This document shows positions 23,606-35,200 of a stretch of DNA of 64,000 nt, piece by piece (position 1 is the stretch's first letter; every line of letters starts with the position of its first letter). Origin of the DNA: Myxococcota bacterium (GTDB taxonomy: Bacteria; Myxococcota_A; UBA9160; UBA6930); NCBI GenBank assembly GCA_965223705.1, contig OZ245015.1, positions 1,410,582-1,474,581 of the forward strand, written 5' to 3'. Made by a program: the position numbers and the translations under genes. The notes beneath the pieces were generated by a model. That model saw only the letters and a list, made by a program, of their open reading frames with translations, ran no database searches and had not been told where the DNA came from.

Positions 23606-24796
23606 ATGGCGAAGGAGAAGTTCGAGCGGACGAAGCCTCACGTAAACGTGGGGACGATTGGTCACGTAGACCATGGGAAGACGACGTTGACGGCGGCGAT
23701 CACGTCGCGCCAGGCGCACAAGAACCTGGCGGAGAAGGTGGACTTCGCAAACATCGACAAGGCTCCGGAGGAGCGCGAGCGCGGGATCACGATCGCGACG
23801 GCCCACGTGGAGTACCAGACGGACAGCCGTCACTACGCGCACGTGGATTGCCCGGGCCACGCGGACTACGTGAAGAACATGATCACGGGCGCGGCTCAGA
23901 TGGACGGAGCGATCCTGGTGGTGTCGGCGGCCGACGGCCCGATGCCTCAGACACGCGAGCACGTGTTGCTGGCTCGCCAGGTGAACGTTCCCCACATCGT
24001 GGTGTTCATGAACAAAGTGGACCAGGTGGATGACGAGGAGTTGCTGGAGCTTGTGGAGCTCGAGGTACGTGAGCTGTTGTCGAACTACGAGTTCCCTGGG
24101 GACGACATCCCGATCATCAAGGGGTCGGCGCTGAAGGCTGGCGAGGACCCGAGCAACGATGAGGCGAACCAGTGCATCGACGAGTTGATGGATGCGCTGG
24201 ACGCGACGATCCCGGAGCCTGAGCGGGCGCTCGACAAGGACTTCCTGATGCCGATCGAGGACGTGTTCTCGATTACGGGCCGCGGGACGGTTGTGACGGG
24301 TCGCGTGGAGCAGGGGATCATCCACACGGGCGACGAAGTGGAGATCGTTGGGATCCGAGACACGACGAAGACGGTGTGCACGGGCGTGGAGATGTTCCGC
24401 AAGATTCTCGACGAGGGTCAGGCGGGGGACAACGTGGGCTGCCTGTTGCGCGGGACGGACAAAGAGGACGTGGAGCGTGGTCAGGTGCTGGCGAAGCCGG
24501 GTTCGATTACGCCTCACACGAAGTTCAAGGGTCAGGCGTATGTGCTGACGAAGGAAGAGGGGGGTCGTCATACGCCCTTCTTCACGGGCTATCGGCCTCA
24601 GTTCTACTTCCGGACGACGGATGTGACGGGTGTCGCGAACCTTCCGGACGGAACGGAGATGGTGATGCCCGGAGACAACATCGAGATGACGATCGAGCTG
24701 ATCACGCCGATCGCGATGGACCCGGAGCTTCGCTTCGCGATCCGCGAGGGCGGTCGCACGGTGGGTGCCGGCGTCGTCTCGGAGATTATCGAGTAG
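23606..24796 (+). CDS. tuf: elongation factor Tu (copy 1)
   Basis: [23 protein letters not shown] and NKVD are present. The ORF is 396 aa, and a near-identical second copy lies at 39717-40907. Confidence 0.97.
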   Translation: MAKEKFERTKPHVNVGTIGHVDHGKTTLTAAITSRQAHKNLAEKVDFANIDKAPEERERGITIATAHVEYQTDSRHYAHVDCPGHADYVKNMITGAAQMDGAILVVSAADGPMPQTREHVLLARQVNVPHIVVFMNKVDQVDDEELLELVELEVRELLSNYEFPGDDIPIIKGSALKAGEDPSNDEANQCIDELMDALDATIPEPERALDKDFLMPIEDVFSITGRGTVVTGRVEQGIIHTGDEVEIVGIRDTTKTVCTGVEMFRKILDEGQAGDNVGCLLRGTDKEDVERGQVLAKPGSITPHTKFKGQAYVLTKEEGGRHTPFFTGYRPQFYFRTTDVTGVANLPDGTEMVMPGDNIEMTIELITPIAMDPELRFAIREGGRTVGAGVVSEIIE

Positions 24797-24834
24797 CGCG
24801 CGAGCTGAGAGAGAAACGGCAACGCAAACGAGAG

Positions 24835-24941
24835 GGCGTCAGAGGTAAACCGAAGGTTTGCCGCGGAATGCTCAAAAGAAACTTAGGGGCGACAGAGGCA
24901 GACCGAAGGTCTGCCGTGCGAGCAGCCGGGCTTAGCCCGGC
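24835..24941 (+). repeat. two copies of a conserved hairpin unit plus a third hairpin in the tuf/tRNA-Trp spacer
   Basis: The first unit is GGCGtCAGAGG-tAaACC-GAA-GGTtTGCC-G (hairpin at 24844-24862). The second is GGCGaCAGAGG-cAgACC-GAA-GGTcTGCC-G (hairpin at 24897-24915). An A-U to G-C double change preserves pairing. A third hairpin, GCCGGGC-tta-GCCCGGC, lies at 24925-24941. Confidence 0.6.
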
Positions 24942-24956
24942 GATAACTCGCGATGA

Positions 24957-25033
24957 AGGCGCGTAGCACAATTGGCTAGTGCACCGGACTCCAAATCCGG
25001 AGGTTGGGGGTTCGAGTCCCTCCGCGCCTGCCA
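24957..25033 (+). tRNA. tRNA-Trp (CCA)
   Basis: Acceptor stem AGGCGCG/CGCGCCT, anticodon stem-loop CCGGA-CTCCAAA-TCCGG, T arm GGGGG-TTCGAGT-CCCTC, and encoded CCA. Confidence 0.9.
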
Positions 25034-25054
25034 CTGCAGCAAGGTTGGAATTCA

Positions 25055-25240
25055 GTGCTTGGCAGTACACGACAGTATCTCTCGGAAGTCCGGGGCGAGT
25101 TCAACAAGATCACGTGGCCGGCGCAAAAAGAGTACGTGGGTGGAACCACGGGAGTGCTCGTCATCATCGGAATTGTCGCGGTCGTGCTCGGACTGATCGA
25201 TCTGGGCCTGGCGCAAGTCATGAAATTGATCGTTTCCTGA
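25055..25240 (+). CDS. secE: preprotein translocase subunit SecE (single-TM form)
   Basis: In-frame GTG at 25055, downstream of tRNA-Trp; the track's 25004 start lies inside the tRNA. YLSEVRGEFNKITWP is followed by one TM helix. The position upstream of nusG is canonical. Confidence 0.85.
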   Translation: MLGSTRQYLSEVRGEFNKITWPAQKEYVGGTTGVLVIIGIVAVVLGLIDLGLAQVMKLIVS

Positions 25241-25247
25241 GAGGTGA

Positions 25248-25799
25248 ATGATGGAGGCAGCCCCCGTGTCGAAGCATCATTGGTACATCGTTCATACGTA
25301 CTCGGGTCACGAGTCACGAGCGAAACAATCTCTTCTCGAACGGGCCAAGGCGTTCGGGCATCAGGACAAGTTCGAAGAAATCCTGATCCCGGAAGAACAG
25401 GTCGTCGAGATGGTGAAGGGCGAAAAGCGCACGTCGAAGCGGAAGTTCTTCCCGGGCTACATCCTGGTTCGCATGGAGTTGACCGACGAGACCTGGCACA
25501 TCGTGAAAGACACGCCGAAGGTCACGGGCTTCGTCGGCGGCGGCGAACGCCCGACGCCCATCGACGACGACGAAGTCGCTCGGATGACGCAGCAGATCAA
25601 AGAGGGCGCGTCGAAGCCGAAACCGAAGATTCACTTCGAGGAAGGTGAGAGCGTGCGCGTGATCAGCGGGCCCTTCGCGAATTTCTCCGGCTTCGTTGAC
25701 GAAGTGCTTCCCGACAAAGAGAAGGTCCGTGTGATGGTGCAAGTGTTCGGACGCGCCACGCCGGTGATGGTCGACTACTCGAACTTGGAAAAGGCGTAG
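25248..25799 (+). CDS. nusG: transcription termination/antitermination factor NusG
   Basis: WYIVHTYSGHE (NGN domain) and the C-terminal KOW motif (GESVRVISGPFANFSG) are present. Confidence 0.95.
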   Translation: MMEAAPVSKHHWYIVHTYSGHESRAKQSLLERAKAFGHQDKFEEILIPEEQVVEMVKGEKRTSKRKFFPGYILVRMELTDETWHIVKDTPKVTGFVGGGERPTPIDDDEVARMTQQIKEGASKPKPKIHFEEGESVRVISGPFANFSGFVDEVLPDKEKVRVMVQVFGRATPVMVDYSNLEKA

Positions 25800-25805
25800 C
25801 GGCAG

Positions 25806-26234
25806 ATGGCCAAGAAGGTAATCGCGCAAATCAAGTTGCAGTGCCCTGCAGGCCAGGCGAATCCGTCGCCGCCGGTCGGCCCCGCGCTCGGTCAGCACGG
25901 CCTCAACATCATGGAGTTCTGCAAAGCGTTCAACGCACGAACGCAGGATCAGCAGGGCTTGATCATTCCGGCCATCATCACGGTCTACGCGGATCGCACG
26001 TTTACGTTCGATCTCAAGACACCGCCGGCGGCCGTGTTGCTGAAGCGCGCCGTGAAGATCGACAAGGGTTCGGGCGAACCGAACCGCAACAAGGTCGGGA
26101 CGGTGACCTCCGCCCAGCTGCGCGAGATCGCCGAAATCAAGATGCCGGATCTAAACGCCTACGACATCGAGGCCGCGATGAAAATCGTCGCGGGGACGGC
26201 TCGGTCGATGGGTCTCGACGTCGAGGGGAAGTGA
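25806..26234 (+). CDS. rplK: 50S ribosomal protein L11
   Basis: [36 protein letters not shown]. Confidence 0.97.
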   Translation: MAKKVIAQIKLQCPAGQANPSPPVGPALGQHGLNIMEFCKAFNARTQDQQGLIIPAIITVYADRTFTFDLKTPPAAVLLKRAVKIDKGSGEPNRNKVGTVTSAQLREIAEIKMPDLNAYDIEAAMKIVAGTARSMGLDVEGK

Positions 26235-26235
26235 C

Positions 26236-26940
26236 ATGCCGAAGCGCGGTAAACGCTACAACAGTGGTTCTGGAGCCATCGATCAGAACAAGTCCTATCC
26301 GCTCGCTGAAGCCGTGGAACTCTTGAAGGGGCTCGACGGCGCGAAGTTCGACGAGACCGTCGACCTCGCGATGAACCTGGGAGTCGATCCTCGTCACGCA
26401 GACCAAATGGTTCGCGGTGCACTCGTTCTGCCGCACGGGTTGGGAAAGAGCGTTCGCGTCGTGGTGTTTGCCAAAGGCGACAAGGAGACCGAGGCGCGCG
26501 AGGCGGGCGCGGACTTTGTCGGCGCGGACGACCTCGCGAAAAAAATCCAGGATGAAGGTTGGCTCGAGTTTGATCAGGTCGTCGCGACGCCCGACATGAT
26601 GAGCGTCGTCGGGCGCTTGGGTAAGGTGCTCGGCCCGCGCGGCCTGATGCCGAACCCGAAACTCGGGACCGTCACGATGGACGTCGGACGCGCCGTGTCC
26701 GAGAGCAAGTCGGGCAAGGTCGAATATCGCGTCGACAAAGCGGGCAACATCCACGCTTCGATCGGCAAGCGATCGTTCGAGGCTTCCCAGCTTGTCGAAA
26801 ACGCCGCGGCGTTGATCGACGCGGTCGTGAAAGCCAAGCCCGCCGCGGCGAAGGGCACGTACTTAAAGAAGCTGTCCATGTCGACGACCATGGGCCCCGG
26901 CATTCGCATCGATCCCGCTGCGACGGATCGAGCGGCTTAG
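26236..26940 (+). CDS. rplA: 50S ribosomal protein L1
   Basis: [24 protein letters not shown] and VRVVVFAKG are present, and the position after rplK is canonical. Confidence 0.97.
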   Translation: MPKRGKRYNSGSGAIDQNKSYPLAEAVELLKGLDGAKFDETVDLAMNLGVDPRHADQMVRGALVLPHGLGKSVRVVVFAKGDKETEAREAGADFVGADDLAKKIQDEGWLEFDQVVATPDMMSVVGRLGKVLGPRGLMPNPKLGTVTMDVGRAVSESKSGKVEYRVDKAGNIHASIGKRSFEASQLVENAAALIDAVVKAKPAAAKGTYLKKLSMSTTMGPGIRIDPAATDRAA

Positions 26941-26949
26941 GAGAAGAGC

Positions 26950-27486
26950 GTGTTAACGCGAGCGCAAAAAGAAGAAGCCGTCGCCTCGCTCCGCGACAAG
27001 TTCGAACGCGCGTCGAGTGTGTTCGTCGCGGACTACCGGGGCCTCAGTGTTTCGGACGTGAACACCCTGCGCGGAAAGCTGCGGGAAGCTGGCGACGGTT
27101 ACGAATACCAGGTCGCCAAGAACACGCTGCTTCGTCGGGCCGTCGACGGAACCGATGCCGCCGAACTCAAGGGCCATTTCGAAGGGCCGACGGCCGTGGC
27201 GTTTTCCTTCACCGACCCGGTGGGGATCGCGAAGGCTCTCGTCGGTTACGCGAAAGAAAACGAAGCCCTCGAGCTGCGCGGCGGAATGGTTGACGGGAAG
27301 CCCGTCGACACCGGCGAGATCGCGACGCTGGCGACGCTCCCCGGACTCGACGAACTCCGCGGAAAACTGATCGGGCTCCTGCAAGCGCCCGCTCAGCAGC
27401 TGGCTTCTATCGTGCAGGCGCCGGGCGGGCAGCTCGCACGGTTGATCGAGGCTCGCCGAGCACAACTCGGCGAGGCGGGCGAGTAG
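26950..27486 (+). CDS. rplJ: 50S ribosomal protein L10
   Basis: VFVADYRGLSVSDVNTLR is present, and the position between rplA and rplL is canonical. Confidence 0.95.
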   Translation: MLTRAQKEEAVASLRDKFERASSVFVADYRGLSVSDVNTLRGKLREAGDGYEYQVAKNTLLRRAVDGTDAAELKGHFEGPTAVAFSFTDPVGIAKALVGYAKENEALELRGGMVDGKPVDTGEIATLATLPGLDELRGKLIGLLQAPAQQLASIVQAPGGQLARLIEARRAQLGEAGE

Positions 27487-27613
27487 CCGCCCGCGAAAAC
27501 CGGCGCCGAGCCGGAAAGTGACACGCGGCGTGGAAGCGCCGCGAGATTGAGAACACTGTGCGGGTCGCCTGGCACCCGCCGCGACTGCCCCGAAATGGGG
27601 AAAAGGAAAAGAC

Positions 27614-27991
27614 ATGGCCGACTTGAACGCAATCGTCGAACAGCTCTCTGGACTCACCGTGATGGAGGCCGCAGAACTCGCGAAGCTGCTCGAGGAAAGT
27701 TGGGGCGTCTCAGCCGCTGCACCGGTCGCCGTGGCCGCGGCAGCGCCGGGCGCTGGCGGCGAGGCGGCCGCGGAGGCGAAGGACGAATTCGACGTCATCC
27801 TCGTCGCCGCGGGTGACAAGAAGATCCAGGTGATTAAGGAAGTTCGTGCGATTACCGGCTTGGGCCTGAAAGAGGCCAAGGAGTTGGTCGAAGGTGCACC
27901 GAAGCCGATCAAGGAAGGCGTTGCGAAGGACGAGGCCGACAAGCTCAAAGAGCAGATCGAGGGTGCCGGGGGTCAAGTGGACGTGAAGTAG
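27614..27991 (+). CDS. rplL: 50S ribosomal protein L7/L12
   Basis: An Ala-rich hinge is followed by [27 protein letters not shown]. Confidence 0.97.
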   Translation: MADLNAIVEQLSGLTVMEAAELAKLLEESWGVSAAAPVAVAAAAPGAGGEAAAEAKDEFDVILVAAGDKKIQVIKEVRAITGLGLKEAKELVEGAPKPIKEGVAKDEADKLKEQIEGAGGQVDVK

Positions 27992-28046
27992 ACACCGCGC
28001 CGGTGTCTCTGCTGGGCTGGCCGAGAGGCCCCGTAGCAAGCCCAGC
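27990..28046 (+). terminator. two hairpins in the rplL-rpoB spacer (attenuator-like)
   Basis: AGACACCG-cgc-CGGTGTCT lies at 27990-28008, and GCTGGGCT...AGCCCAGC at 28011-28046. A partial terminator at this position is well known in E. coli. No U-tract is present here. Confidence 0.4.
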
Positions 28047-28078
28047 CGATCGTTCATACCCCCAACCCGGAGGCTCTC

Positions 28079-31000
28079 TTGGCCGACATTCAGTTTTGTG
28101 AAAACGCTCCGCGCTTGCGCAAAGAGTTCTCGAAGATTCCTCGAATCCTCGAGATCCCGAACCTGATCGAGATTCAGAAAGAATCCTTCGAAGGATTTCT
28201 GCAGACCCGCATCGAGCCCGAAAAACGCGAGAGCGTGGGGCTTCAGGCGGTGTTCAACTCCGTGTTCCCGATCAAGGATTTCAACGACACCGCTTCGCTC
28301 GAGTTCGTTGGCTACACCTTGGAGGAACCGAAGTACGACGTCGAAGAATGTCTCCAGCGGGGGATGACATACGCAGCGCCGTTCAAGGTCACGATTCGGC
28401 TCGTGGCTTGGGACGACGCGGGTGGTTCTCAGACGATTCGCGACGTCAAGGAACAAGAGGTCTACTTCGGCGAAATCCCGATCATGACGGACAACGGAAC
28501 GTTCATCGTGAACGGAACCGAACGCGTGATCGTCTCCCAGCTACACCGATCGCCCGGCATCTTTTTCGACACGACGCGTTCGACAACGGTCAGCGCCGCG
28601 GGCAAGAAGATCTTTTCCTGCCGAATCATTCCCTATCGCGGTTCCTGGCTCGACCTCGAGTTCGATCACAAGGATCTCCTGCACGCGCGCATCGACCGCC
28701 GGCGGAAGATTCTGGTCACGGTGCTTCTGAAGGCGCTCGGCTACACGGCCGAGGACATGCTGTCCTACTTCTATACCCCGGAGAAGATTCGCCTCGACGG
28801 GAAGAAGATCATGAAGGCCGTGGTCCCCGAGATCCTCGTGGGCCAGCGCTGCACGAAGGAGGTCAAGTCCGACGACGGAACGGTGCTGGTTCGCAAGGAC
28901 CGGAAATTCACCGCCGCAGCGGTACGCCGCATCGGTGAGGCCGGCATCGAATGGATCCAGGTCGGCGAAGACGACGTGATTCGAGACGACTCCATCAAGC
29001 GCGCCGTGCCGGTCGATATCGTCGACGAGAGCACAGGCGAAGTCGTGATCGAGTGCAACGAAGAGTTCACGGCAGAGCACCTCGAGGAGCTCCGTGCGCG
29101 GGGAATCAGCGAGATTCCGCTCCTTTACCTCGACCCGCTGACAAGCGGCGCGGCGTTGCGGGATACCTTGCTCGCCGACAAGACGGTGACGCGCGAAGAA
29201 GCGATCATCGATATCTATCGCCGTCTACGCCCGGGAGACCCGCCGACCCTCGATACGGCGACGAACCTCTTCCACAACTTGTTCTTCAACCCGGAGCGCT
29301 ACGACCTCTCGCGGGTCGGTCGGCTGAAGCTCAATCACAAGCTGGCGTTCGATCCCGAAGAGCGTGTGCTGATCAAACCGCAGAGCGACGAGGGGCAGGC
29401 GGAAGAAGTGCCCCTGGGTGAGTTGTTGACGTTGCGTCCCGAGGACATCCTCGCCGCCGTCAAGTACCTCGTCGATCTGAAGAACGGCTCGGATCCGAAC
29501 AAGCGCGTCGACGACATCGACCATCTGGGAAATCGCCGCGTCCGGGTCGTCGGGGAGTTGCTCGAGAACCAGTACCGGATCGGTCTCGTTCGGATGGAGC
29601 GCGCGATCAAGGAGCGGATGTCGCTCCAAGAGATCGAGACCTTGATGCCGCACGATTTGATCAATTCGAAGCCTGTCTCGGCCGTGATCAAAGAATTCTT
29701 CGGTTCGAGCCAGCTGTCGCAGTTCATGGATCAGACGAATCCGCTGTCGGCGGTGACGCACAAACGGCGACTGTCGGCCCTCGGGCCGGGCGGTTTGACG
29801 CGTGAGCGGGCGGGGTTCGAAGTCCGCGATGTGCATCCGACGCACTACGGTCGCATTTGCCCGATCGAGACTCCGGAGGGTCCGAACATCGGACTCATCG
29901 CTTCGCTCTCGACGTATGCCCGGGTGAACGAGTTCGGGTTCATCGAGACGCCGTATCGCGTGGTCGATGAGAGTCGCGTCAGCAACGAGGTGAAGTACCT
30001 CTCTGCGCTCGAGGAAGAGCAGCTGTCGATCGCCCAGGCGAACGCACCGCTGGATGATTCGGGAGTCTTCCAACGCGATACGGTATCCGCCCGCAAGACC
30101 GGCGAGTTCCAGATGGTCGAGCCCAAGGAACTCCACATGATGGACGTTTCGCCGAACCAGCTGGTGTCGGTCGCGGCATCGCTCATTCCCTTCCTGGAGA
30201 ACGACGACGCGAACCGGGCCCTGATGGGCTCGAACATGCAGCGCCAGGCCGTTCCGCTCTTGCGAACTCAGGCACCGCTCGTCGGCACCGGCATGGAAGC
30301 GGTCGTCGCACGCGATTCTGGCGTCACGGTCGTTGCGAAACGAGACGGCACGGTGGTGTCCGTCGACGCCGGCCGGATCGTCATCAAACCCGATGACGAC
30401 GACGGCACGGGTTCGAACGTCGACATCGTCAACCTGATCAAGTACCAGCGTTCGAACCAGAACACGTGCATCAATCAGAAGCCGATCGTCCGGGTCGGCG
30501 ACCACGTCCTGCGCGGGCAGGTCGTCGCGGATGGGCCCGCTACCGAGCGCGGCGAACTCGCGCTGGGCCGCAACGTGCTCGTCGCGTTCATGCCCTGGGG
30601 TGGTTACAACTTCGAGGACTCCATCCTCATCTCTGAGAAGATGGTGAAGGACGACCTCTTCACTTCGGTGCACATCGAGGAGTTCGAGTGTGTCGCGCGC
30701 GACACGAAGCTCGGTCGCGAAGAGATCACCCGCGACATCCCGAATGTCGGCGAGGAAGCGCTGCGCGATCTCGACGAGTCGGGGATCGTGCGCATCGGCG
30801 CGGAAGTGAAGCCCGACGATATTCTGGTTGGGAAGATCACACCGAAGGGCGAGACGCAACTCTCGCCCGAAGAGCGTCTGCTCCGCGCGATCTTCGGCGA
30901 GAAAGCCGGCGATGTCCGCGACACGTCACTTCGCGTGCCGCCGGGAGAGTCCGGCGTCGTCATCGGAGCTCAGGTGTTTTCGCGCCGAGGCGTCGAGAAG

Positions 31001-32266
31001 GATGAGCGGGCGCGCGCCATCGAGGAGGCCGAGGTCGAGCGTCTCCGCAAGGACCAGGAAGACGAGACGGCGATCATTCGCGACAACGCGATGGAGAAGG
31101 TGCGCGAGCTGCTGGTCGGCAAGCAGGCCGCCAACCGCGTGGGCGACGAGCGGCGCAACGAGGAATGGTTGCAGAGCGGTGACACGATCACGGCCGAGAT
31201 CCTGCAGCAAATCCCGAAGCGCAAGTGGTCGGACATCCAGGTTCGCGAATCCGACACGCAGGCTCAGGTCGACCGCGTCTTCGCAAGCGTCGATGAGCAA
31301 GCGGCCGTCATCAAGAACGTCTTCGACGAGAAGATTGCGCGACTGAAGAAGGGCGATGAGTTGCCGCCCGGCGTCTTCAAGATGGTCAAGGTGTACGTGG
31401 CCATCAAGCGCAAGCTGTCGGTCGGAGACAAGATGGCCGGGCGCCACGGCAACAAGGGCGTCATTTCGCGCATCCTTCCCGAAGAAGACATGCCCTACAC
31501 CGTGGAAGGTCGACCGGTCGACATCGTGTTGAACCCGCTCGGCGTACCTTCGCGCATGAACATCGGGCAGATCCTCGAGACCCACCTCGGGTGGGCTGCC
31601 ATGGGGCTCGGAGCGCAGGTCAACCGCTTGATCGAAGAGCACGCCGGAACACCGGTGCTTCGTCAGAAGCTCAAAGACGTCTACAACAACGAACGTCTCT
31701 CCAAGATCCTGGATGACGCCTCGGACGAAGCGATCCGCAATCTGGCGGTGAACGTCCAAACGGGCGTCCACGTCTCGACGGCCGTGTTCGACGGCGCGAA
31801 CGAGGCCGAGATCAAGCAAGAACTGGTGCGCGCCGGCTTGCCGGGAAGCGGGCAGACGGTGCTCTTCGACGGACGCACAGGGGATCCGTTCGACAGCAAT
31901 GTCACCGTCGGGATCCTCTACATGCTCAAGCTTCATCACTTGGCGGATGACAAAATCCACGCTCGGAGCATCGGCCCCTACAGCTTGGTCACCCAGCAGC
32001 CGCTGGGCGGCAAAGCGCAGTTCGGTGGGCAGCGGCTCGGCGAGATGGAAGTGTGGGCGATGGAGGCCTACGGCGCGGCGCATTGCCTGCAGGAATTCCT
32101 CACCGTCAAGTCCGACGACGTGCAGGGTAGAACGCGGATGTATGAGTCGATCGTCAAGGGCGAGTGCCAGCTCGAGCCGGGCTTGCCCGAGGCCTTCAAC
32201 GTCATCGTCAAAGAACTACGAGCTCTCGGTTTGAACGTCGAGCTCGTCGAAGACAAGAACAACTAA
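28079..32266 (+). CDS. rpoB: DNA-directed RNA polymerase subunit beta
   Basis: A 1395-aa ORF with TTG start, carrying [43 protein letters not shown] and [12 protein letters not shown]. Confidence 0.98.
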   Translation: MADIQFCENAPRLRKEFSKIPRILEIPNLIEIQKESFEGFLQTRIEPEKRESVGLQAVFNSVFPIKDFNDTASLEFVGYTLEEPKYDVEECLQRGMTYAAPFKVTIRLVAWDDAGGSQTIRDVKEQEVYFGEIPIMTDNGTFIVNGTERVIVSQLHRSPGIFFDTTRSTTVSAAGKKIFSCRIIPYRGSWLDLEFDHKDLLHARIDRRRKILVTVLLKALGYTAEDMLSYFYTPEKIRLDGKKIMKAVVPEILVGQRCTKEVKSDDGTVLVRKDRKFTAAAVRRIGEAGIEWIQVGEDDVIRDDSIKRAVPVDIVDESTGEVVIECNEEFTAEHLEELRARGISEIPLLYLDPLTSGAALRDTLLADKTVTREEAIIDIYRRLRPGDPPTLDTATNLFHNLFFNPERYDLSRVGRLKLNHKLAFDPEERVLIKPQSDEGQAEEVPLGELLTLRPEDILAAVKYLVDLKNGSDPNKRVDDIDHLGNRRVRVVGELLENQYRIGLVRMERAIKERMSLQEIETLMPHDLINSKPVSAVIKEFFGSSQLSQFMDQTNPLSAVTHKRRLSALGPGGLTRERAGFEVRDVHPTHYGRICPIETPEGPNIGLIASLSTYARVNEFGFIETPYRVVDESRVSNEVKYLSALEEEQLSIAQANAPLDDSGVFQRDTVSARKTGEFQMVEPKELHMMDVSPNQLVSVAASLIPFLENDDANRALMGSNMQRQAVPLLRTQAPLVGTGMEAVVARDSGVTVVAKRDGTVVSVDAGRIVIKPDDDDGTGSNVDIVNLIKYQRSNQNTCINQKPIVRVGDHVLRGQVVADGPATERGELALGRNVLVAFMPWGGYNFEDSILISEKMVKDDLFTSVHIEEFECVARDTKLGREEITRDIPNVGEEALRDLDESGIVRIGAEVKPDDILVGKITPKGETQLSPEERLLRAIFGEKAGDVRDTSLRVPPGESGVVIGAQVFSRRGVEKDERARAIEEAEVERLRKDQEDETAIIRDNAMEKVRELLVGKQAANRVGDERRNEEWLQSGDTITAEILQQIPKRKWSDIQVRESDTQAQVDRVFASVDEQAAVIKNVFDEKIARLKKGDELPPGVFKMVKVYVAIKRKLSVGDKMAGRHGNKGVISRILPEEDMPYTVEGRPVDIVLNPLGVPSRMNIGQILETHLGWAAMGLGAQVNRLIEEHAGTPVLRQKLKDVYNNERLSKILDDASDEAIRNLAVNVQTGVHVSTAVFDGANEAEIKQELVRAGLPGSGQTVLFDGRTGDPFDSNVTVGILYMLKLHHLADDKIHARSIGPYSLVTQQPLGGKAQFGGQRLGEMEVWAMEAYGAAHCLQEFLTVKSDDVQGRTRMYESIVKGECQLEPGLPEAFNVIVKELRALGLNVELVEDKNN

Positions 32267-32275
32267 GGGGTTTTT

Positions 32276-35200
32276 ATGCGCGATCTCTACAATCTATTCG
32301 AGAAGCCGAAAGACCCGCTCGCGTTTAACGCGATTCGTATCGGCATCGCCTCTCCGGAGCAGATCCGGGAGTGGTCGTTCGGCGAAGTCAAGAAGCCCGA
32401 GACGATCAACTACCGGACGTTCAAGCCGGAGAAGGACGGACTCTTCTGCGGTCGGATCTTCGGGCCGGTCAAAGACTACGAGTGCAGCTGCGGCAAGTAC
32501 AAGCGGATGAAGTACCGCGGCATCGTCTGCGAGAAGTGCGGCGAAGAGATCATCCAGAGCAAGGTGCGGCGCGAGCGCATGGGTCACATCACCCTGGCGA
32601 CGCCCGTGGCACACATCTGGTTCCTGAAGTCGCTGCCGTCGCGCATCGGGAACATCCTCGAGGTCACGCTGCGCGACCTCGAAAAAGTGCTCTACTTCGA
32701 AGCCTACGTTGTCACCGATCCGGGTGACACCGAATTGCGTCAAGGCGAGCTTCTCTCGGAGGAGCAGCTCATCGAGGCGCGTGAGCAATATGGTCGCGAC
32801 GCATTCGATTACGGGATTGGCGCGGAGGCCGTGCGCGAAATGCTGGCCGGTCTCGACGTCGAGCAGGAGAGCAAGCAGCTGCGCGTCGAGATGAAGGAGG
32901 CGACCAGCGAGGCGAAGCGCAAGAAGCTCGCGAAACGCCTCAAGGTTCTCGATGCGTTCCGAGAGTCCGGCAACAACCCCGAGTTCATGATCCTCGAGGT
33001 GATCCCTGTATTGCCGCCGGATCTTCGACCCCTGGTGCCTCTCGACGGCGGACGTTTCGCGACGAGCGACCTGAACGATTTGTACCGGCGCGTCTTGAAC
33101 CGGAACAACCGTCTGAAGCGTCTCCTCGAGCTCAACGCGCCGGAAGTCATTATCCGGAACGAAAAGCGAATGCTCCAAGAAGCGGTGGACGCACTGTTCG
33201 ACAACGGACGCCGCGGTCGGGTCATCACCGGGCCGAGCAAGCGGCCTCTCAAATCCCTCTCCGACATGCTGAAGGGCAAGTCGGGGCGGTTCCGGCAGAA
33301 CCTCCTCGGAAAGCGCGTCGACTATTCGGGCCGCTCCGTCATCGTCGCCGGCCCCGAGCTCAGGCTCCACCAGTGCGGCTTGCCGAGTCGGATGGCACTC
33401 GAGCTGTTCAAGCCTTTCATCTACTCGAAGCTCGAGCAGCGCGGCTACGTCACGACGATCAAGGCCGCCAAGAAGATGGTCGAGCGCGAACGGCCCGAGG
33501 TTTGGGACATCCTGGCCGAGGTGATCCAAGAGCACCCGGTGATTCTCAACCGGGCGCCCACGCTTCACCGACTGGGGATGCAGGCCTTCGAGCCGTCGCT
33601 GATCGACGGCAAGGCGATTCAGCTGCACCCGTTGGTGTGCAAGGCCTTCAACGCGGATTTCGACGGCGACCAGATGGCGGTCCACGTGCCGCTATCGGTC
33701 GAGGCGCAGATCGAAGCGCGCGTCTTGATGATGTCGACGAACAACATCCTGAGCCCGGCGACGGGCCGGCCGATCATCGACCCCAGTCAGGACATCGTCC
33801 TCGGTTGCTACTACATGACGCGCGAGCGCCTGGGCGTCCGCGGCCAAGGCATGCGTTTCTCGAGCCCCGAAGAAGTGCGGATGGCGTACGACTCCGGGGA
33901 AATCGATATCCACGCGGGAATCCATGTGCGCATGGATGGCGAAACCGTGGAAACGACCGTCGGTCGCGTGCTGCTCTCTGAGATCGTCCCGAGCGAGATC
34001 CCGTTCGAGGTGATCAATCAGGTGATGGACAAGAAAGCGCTGGGCGAGCTGATCGACCAGGCTTATCGGCGACTCGGCAACAAGGCCACGGTCATTTTGT
34101 CGGATCAGCTGCGGACCCTGGGCTACCAGAACGCGACCCGCGCTGGGATCTCGATCTGCGTGGACGACATGCAGATTCCGGGGAACAAGGAGACCCACAT
34201 CTCGTCGGCGAACAACCAGGTCTCGGAAGTCCAGGACCAATATCTGGACGGCCTGATCAGCGACGGCGAGCGGTACAACAAGGTGATCGACATCTGGGCG
34301 GACGCGACGGAGCGGATCGCCGGCGAGTTGCTCGACAACCTGGGTACCGATGTCACGCTCGACACCGAAGGCAACGAAGTTCGGGTGCCGAGCTTCAATC
34401 CCATCTACATGATGGCCGATTCGGGTGCTCGCGGTTCCGCGCAGCAGATTCGGCAGCTCGCCGGGATGCGCGGTCTGATGGCCAAACCGTCCGGTGAGAT
34501 CATCGAGACGCCGATCACGTCGAACTTCCGCGAAGGACTGTCCGTTCTTCAGTACTTCATTTCGACGCACGGCGCGCGAAAGGGTCTCGCCGATACCGCG
34601 CTCAAGACCGCGAATTCGGGCTATTTGACCCGTCGGCTCGTCGACGTCGCGCAGGACATGATCGTCCGCGAGGAAGATTGTGGAACACGGCGCGGCATCT
34701 TGATGGAGCCGCTGTATGAGGGCGGCGACATCATCGAATCGATCGGCGAGCGCATCCTCGGCCGTGTGGCGCTCGATGACGTGCGCGACACGATCGACAA
34801 TCGTGTGCTGGTCGCCGCCGGCGAAGAGATCGACGAAGAAAAGGTTCGCGCGATCGAAGAGGCCGGAATCGAGCAGGTCATGATCCGCTCGGTGTTGACG
34901 TGCGAGACCCGTCGCGGCATCTGCGTCCTGTGTTATGGCCGCGACCTGTCCCGCGGCGAGATGGTGAACCTCGGCGAGGCGGTCGGCGTGATTGCGGCCC
35001 AGTCGATCGGGGAACCCGGCACCCAGTTGACGATGCGCACCTTCCACATCGGCGGAACGGCGACCCGACGCGTCGAGCAGTCCCACCACGAAGCGGTGAG
35101 CGAAGGCGAAGTGCGCTTCAGCAACATCCGGACGGTTCGGGACCGCGAAGGCCGCCACGTCTGCGTCAACCGCAACGGGGAAGTGGGCATCTACGATGTC

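Noticed and set aside
24797-24956. Search for rpmG (L33) between tuf and tRNA-Trp, where it lies in many genomes. This includes the track ORF 24376-24966.
   Set aside because: No frame gives an L33-like Lys/Cys-rich peptide. The track ORF is an out-of-frame continuation of tuf with junk composition. The interval is better explained by hairpin elements.
22785-25033. tRNA cluster as a possible integration hotspot or genomic island border.
   Set aside because: No integrase, direct repeat of a tRNA 3' end, or foreign-looking genes are adjacent. The tRNA-tuf-tRNA-secE arrangement is the conserved core layout.
27487-27613. 127-nt rplJ-rplL spacer with several short GC hairpins, for example CGCGGCG-tggaa-CGCCGCG.
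   Set aside because: Short GC-rich hairpins are expected by chance at this base composition. There is no repeat, covariation or known motif to support a call.
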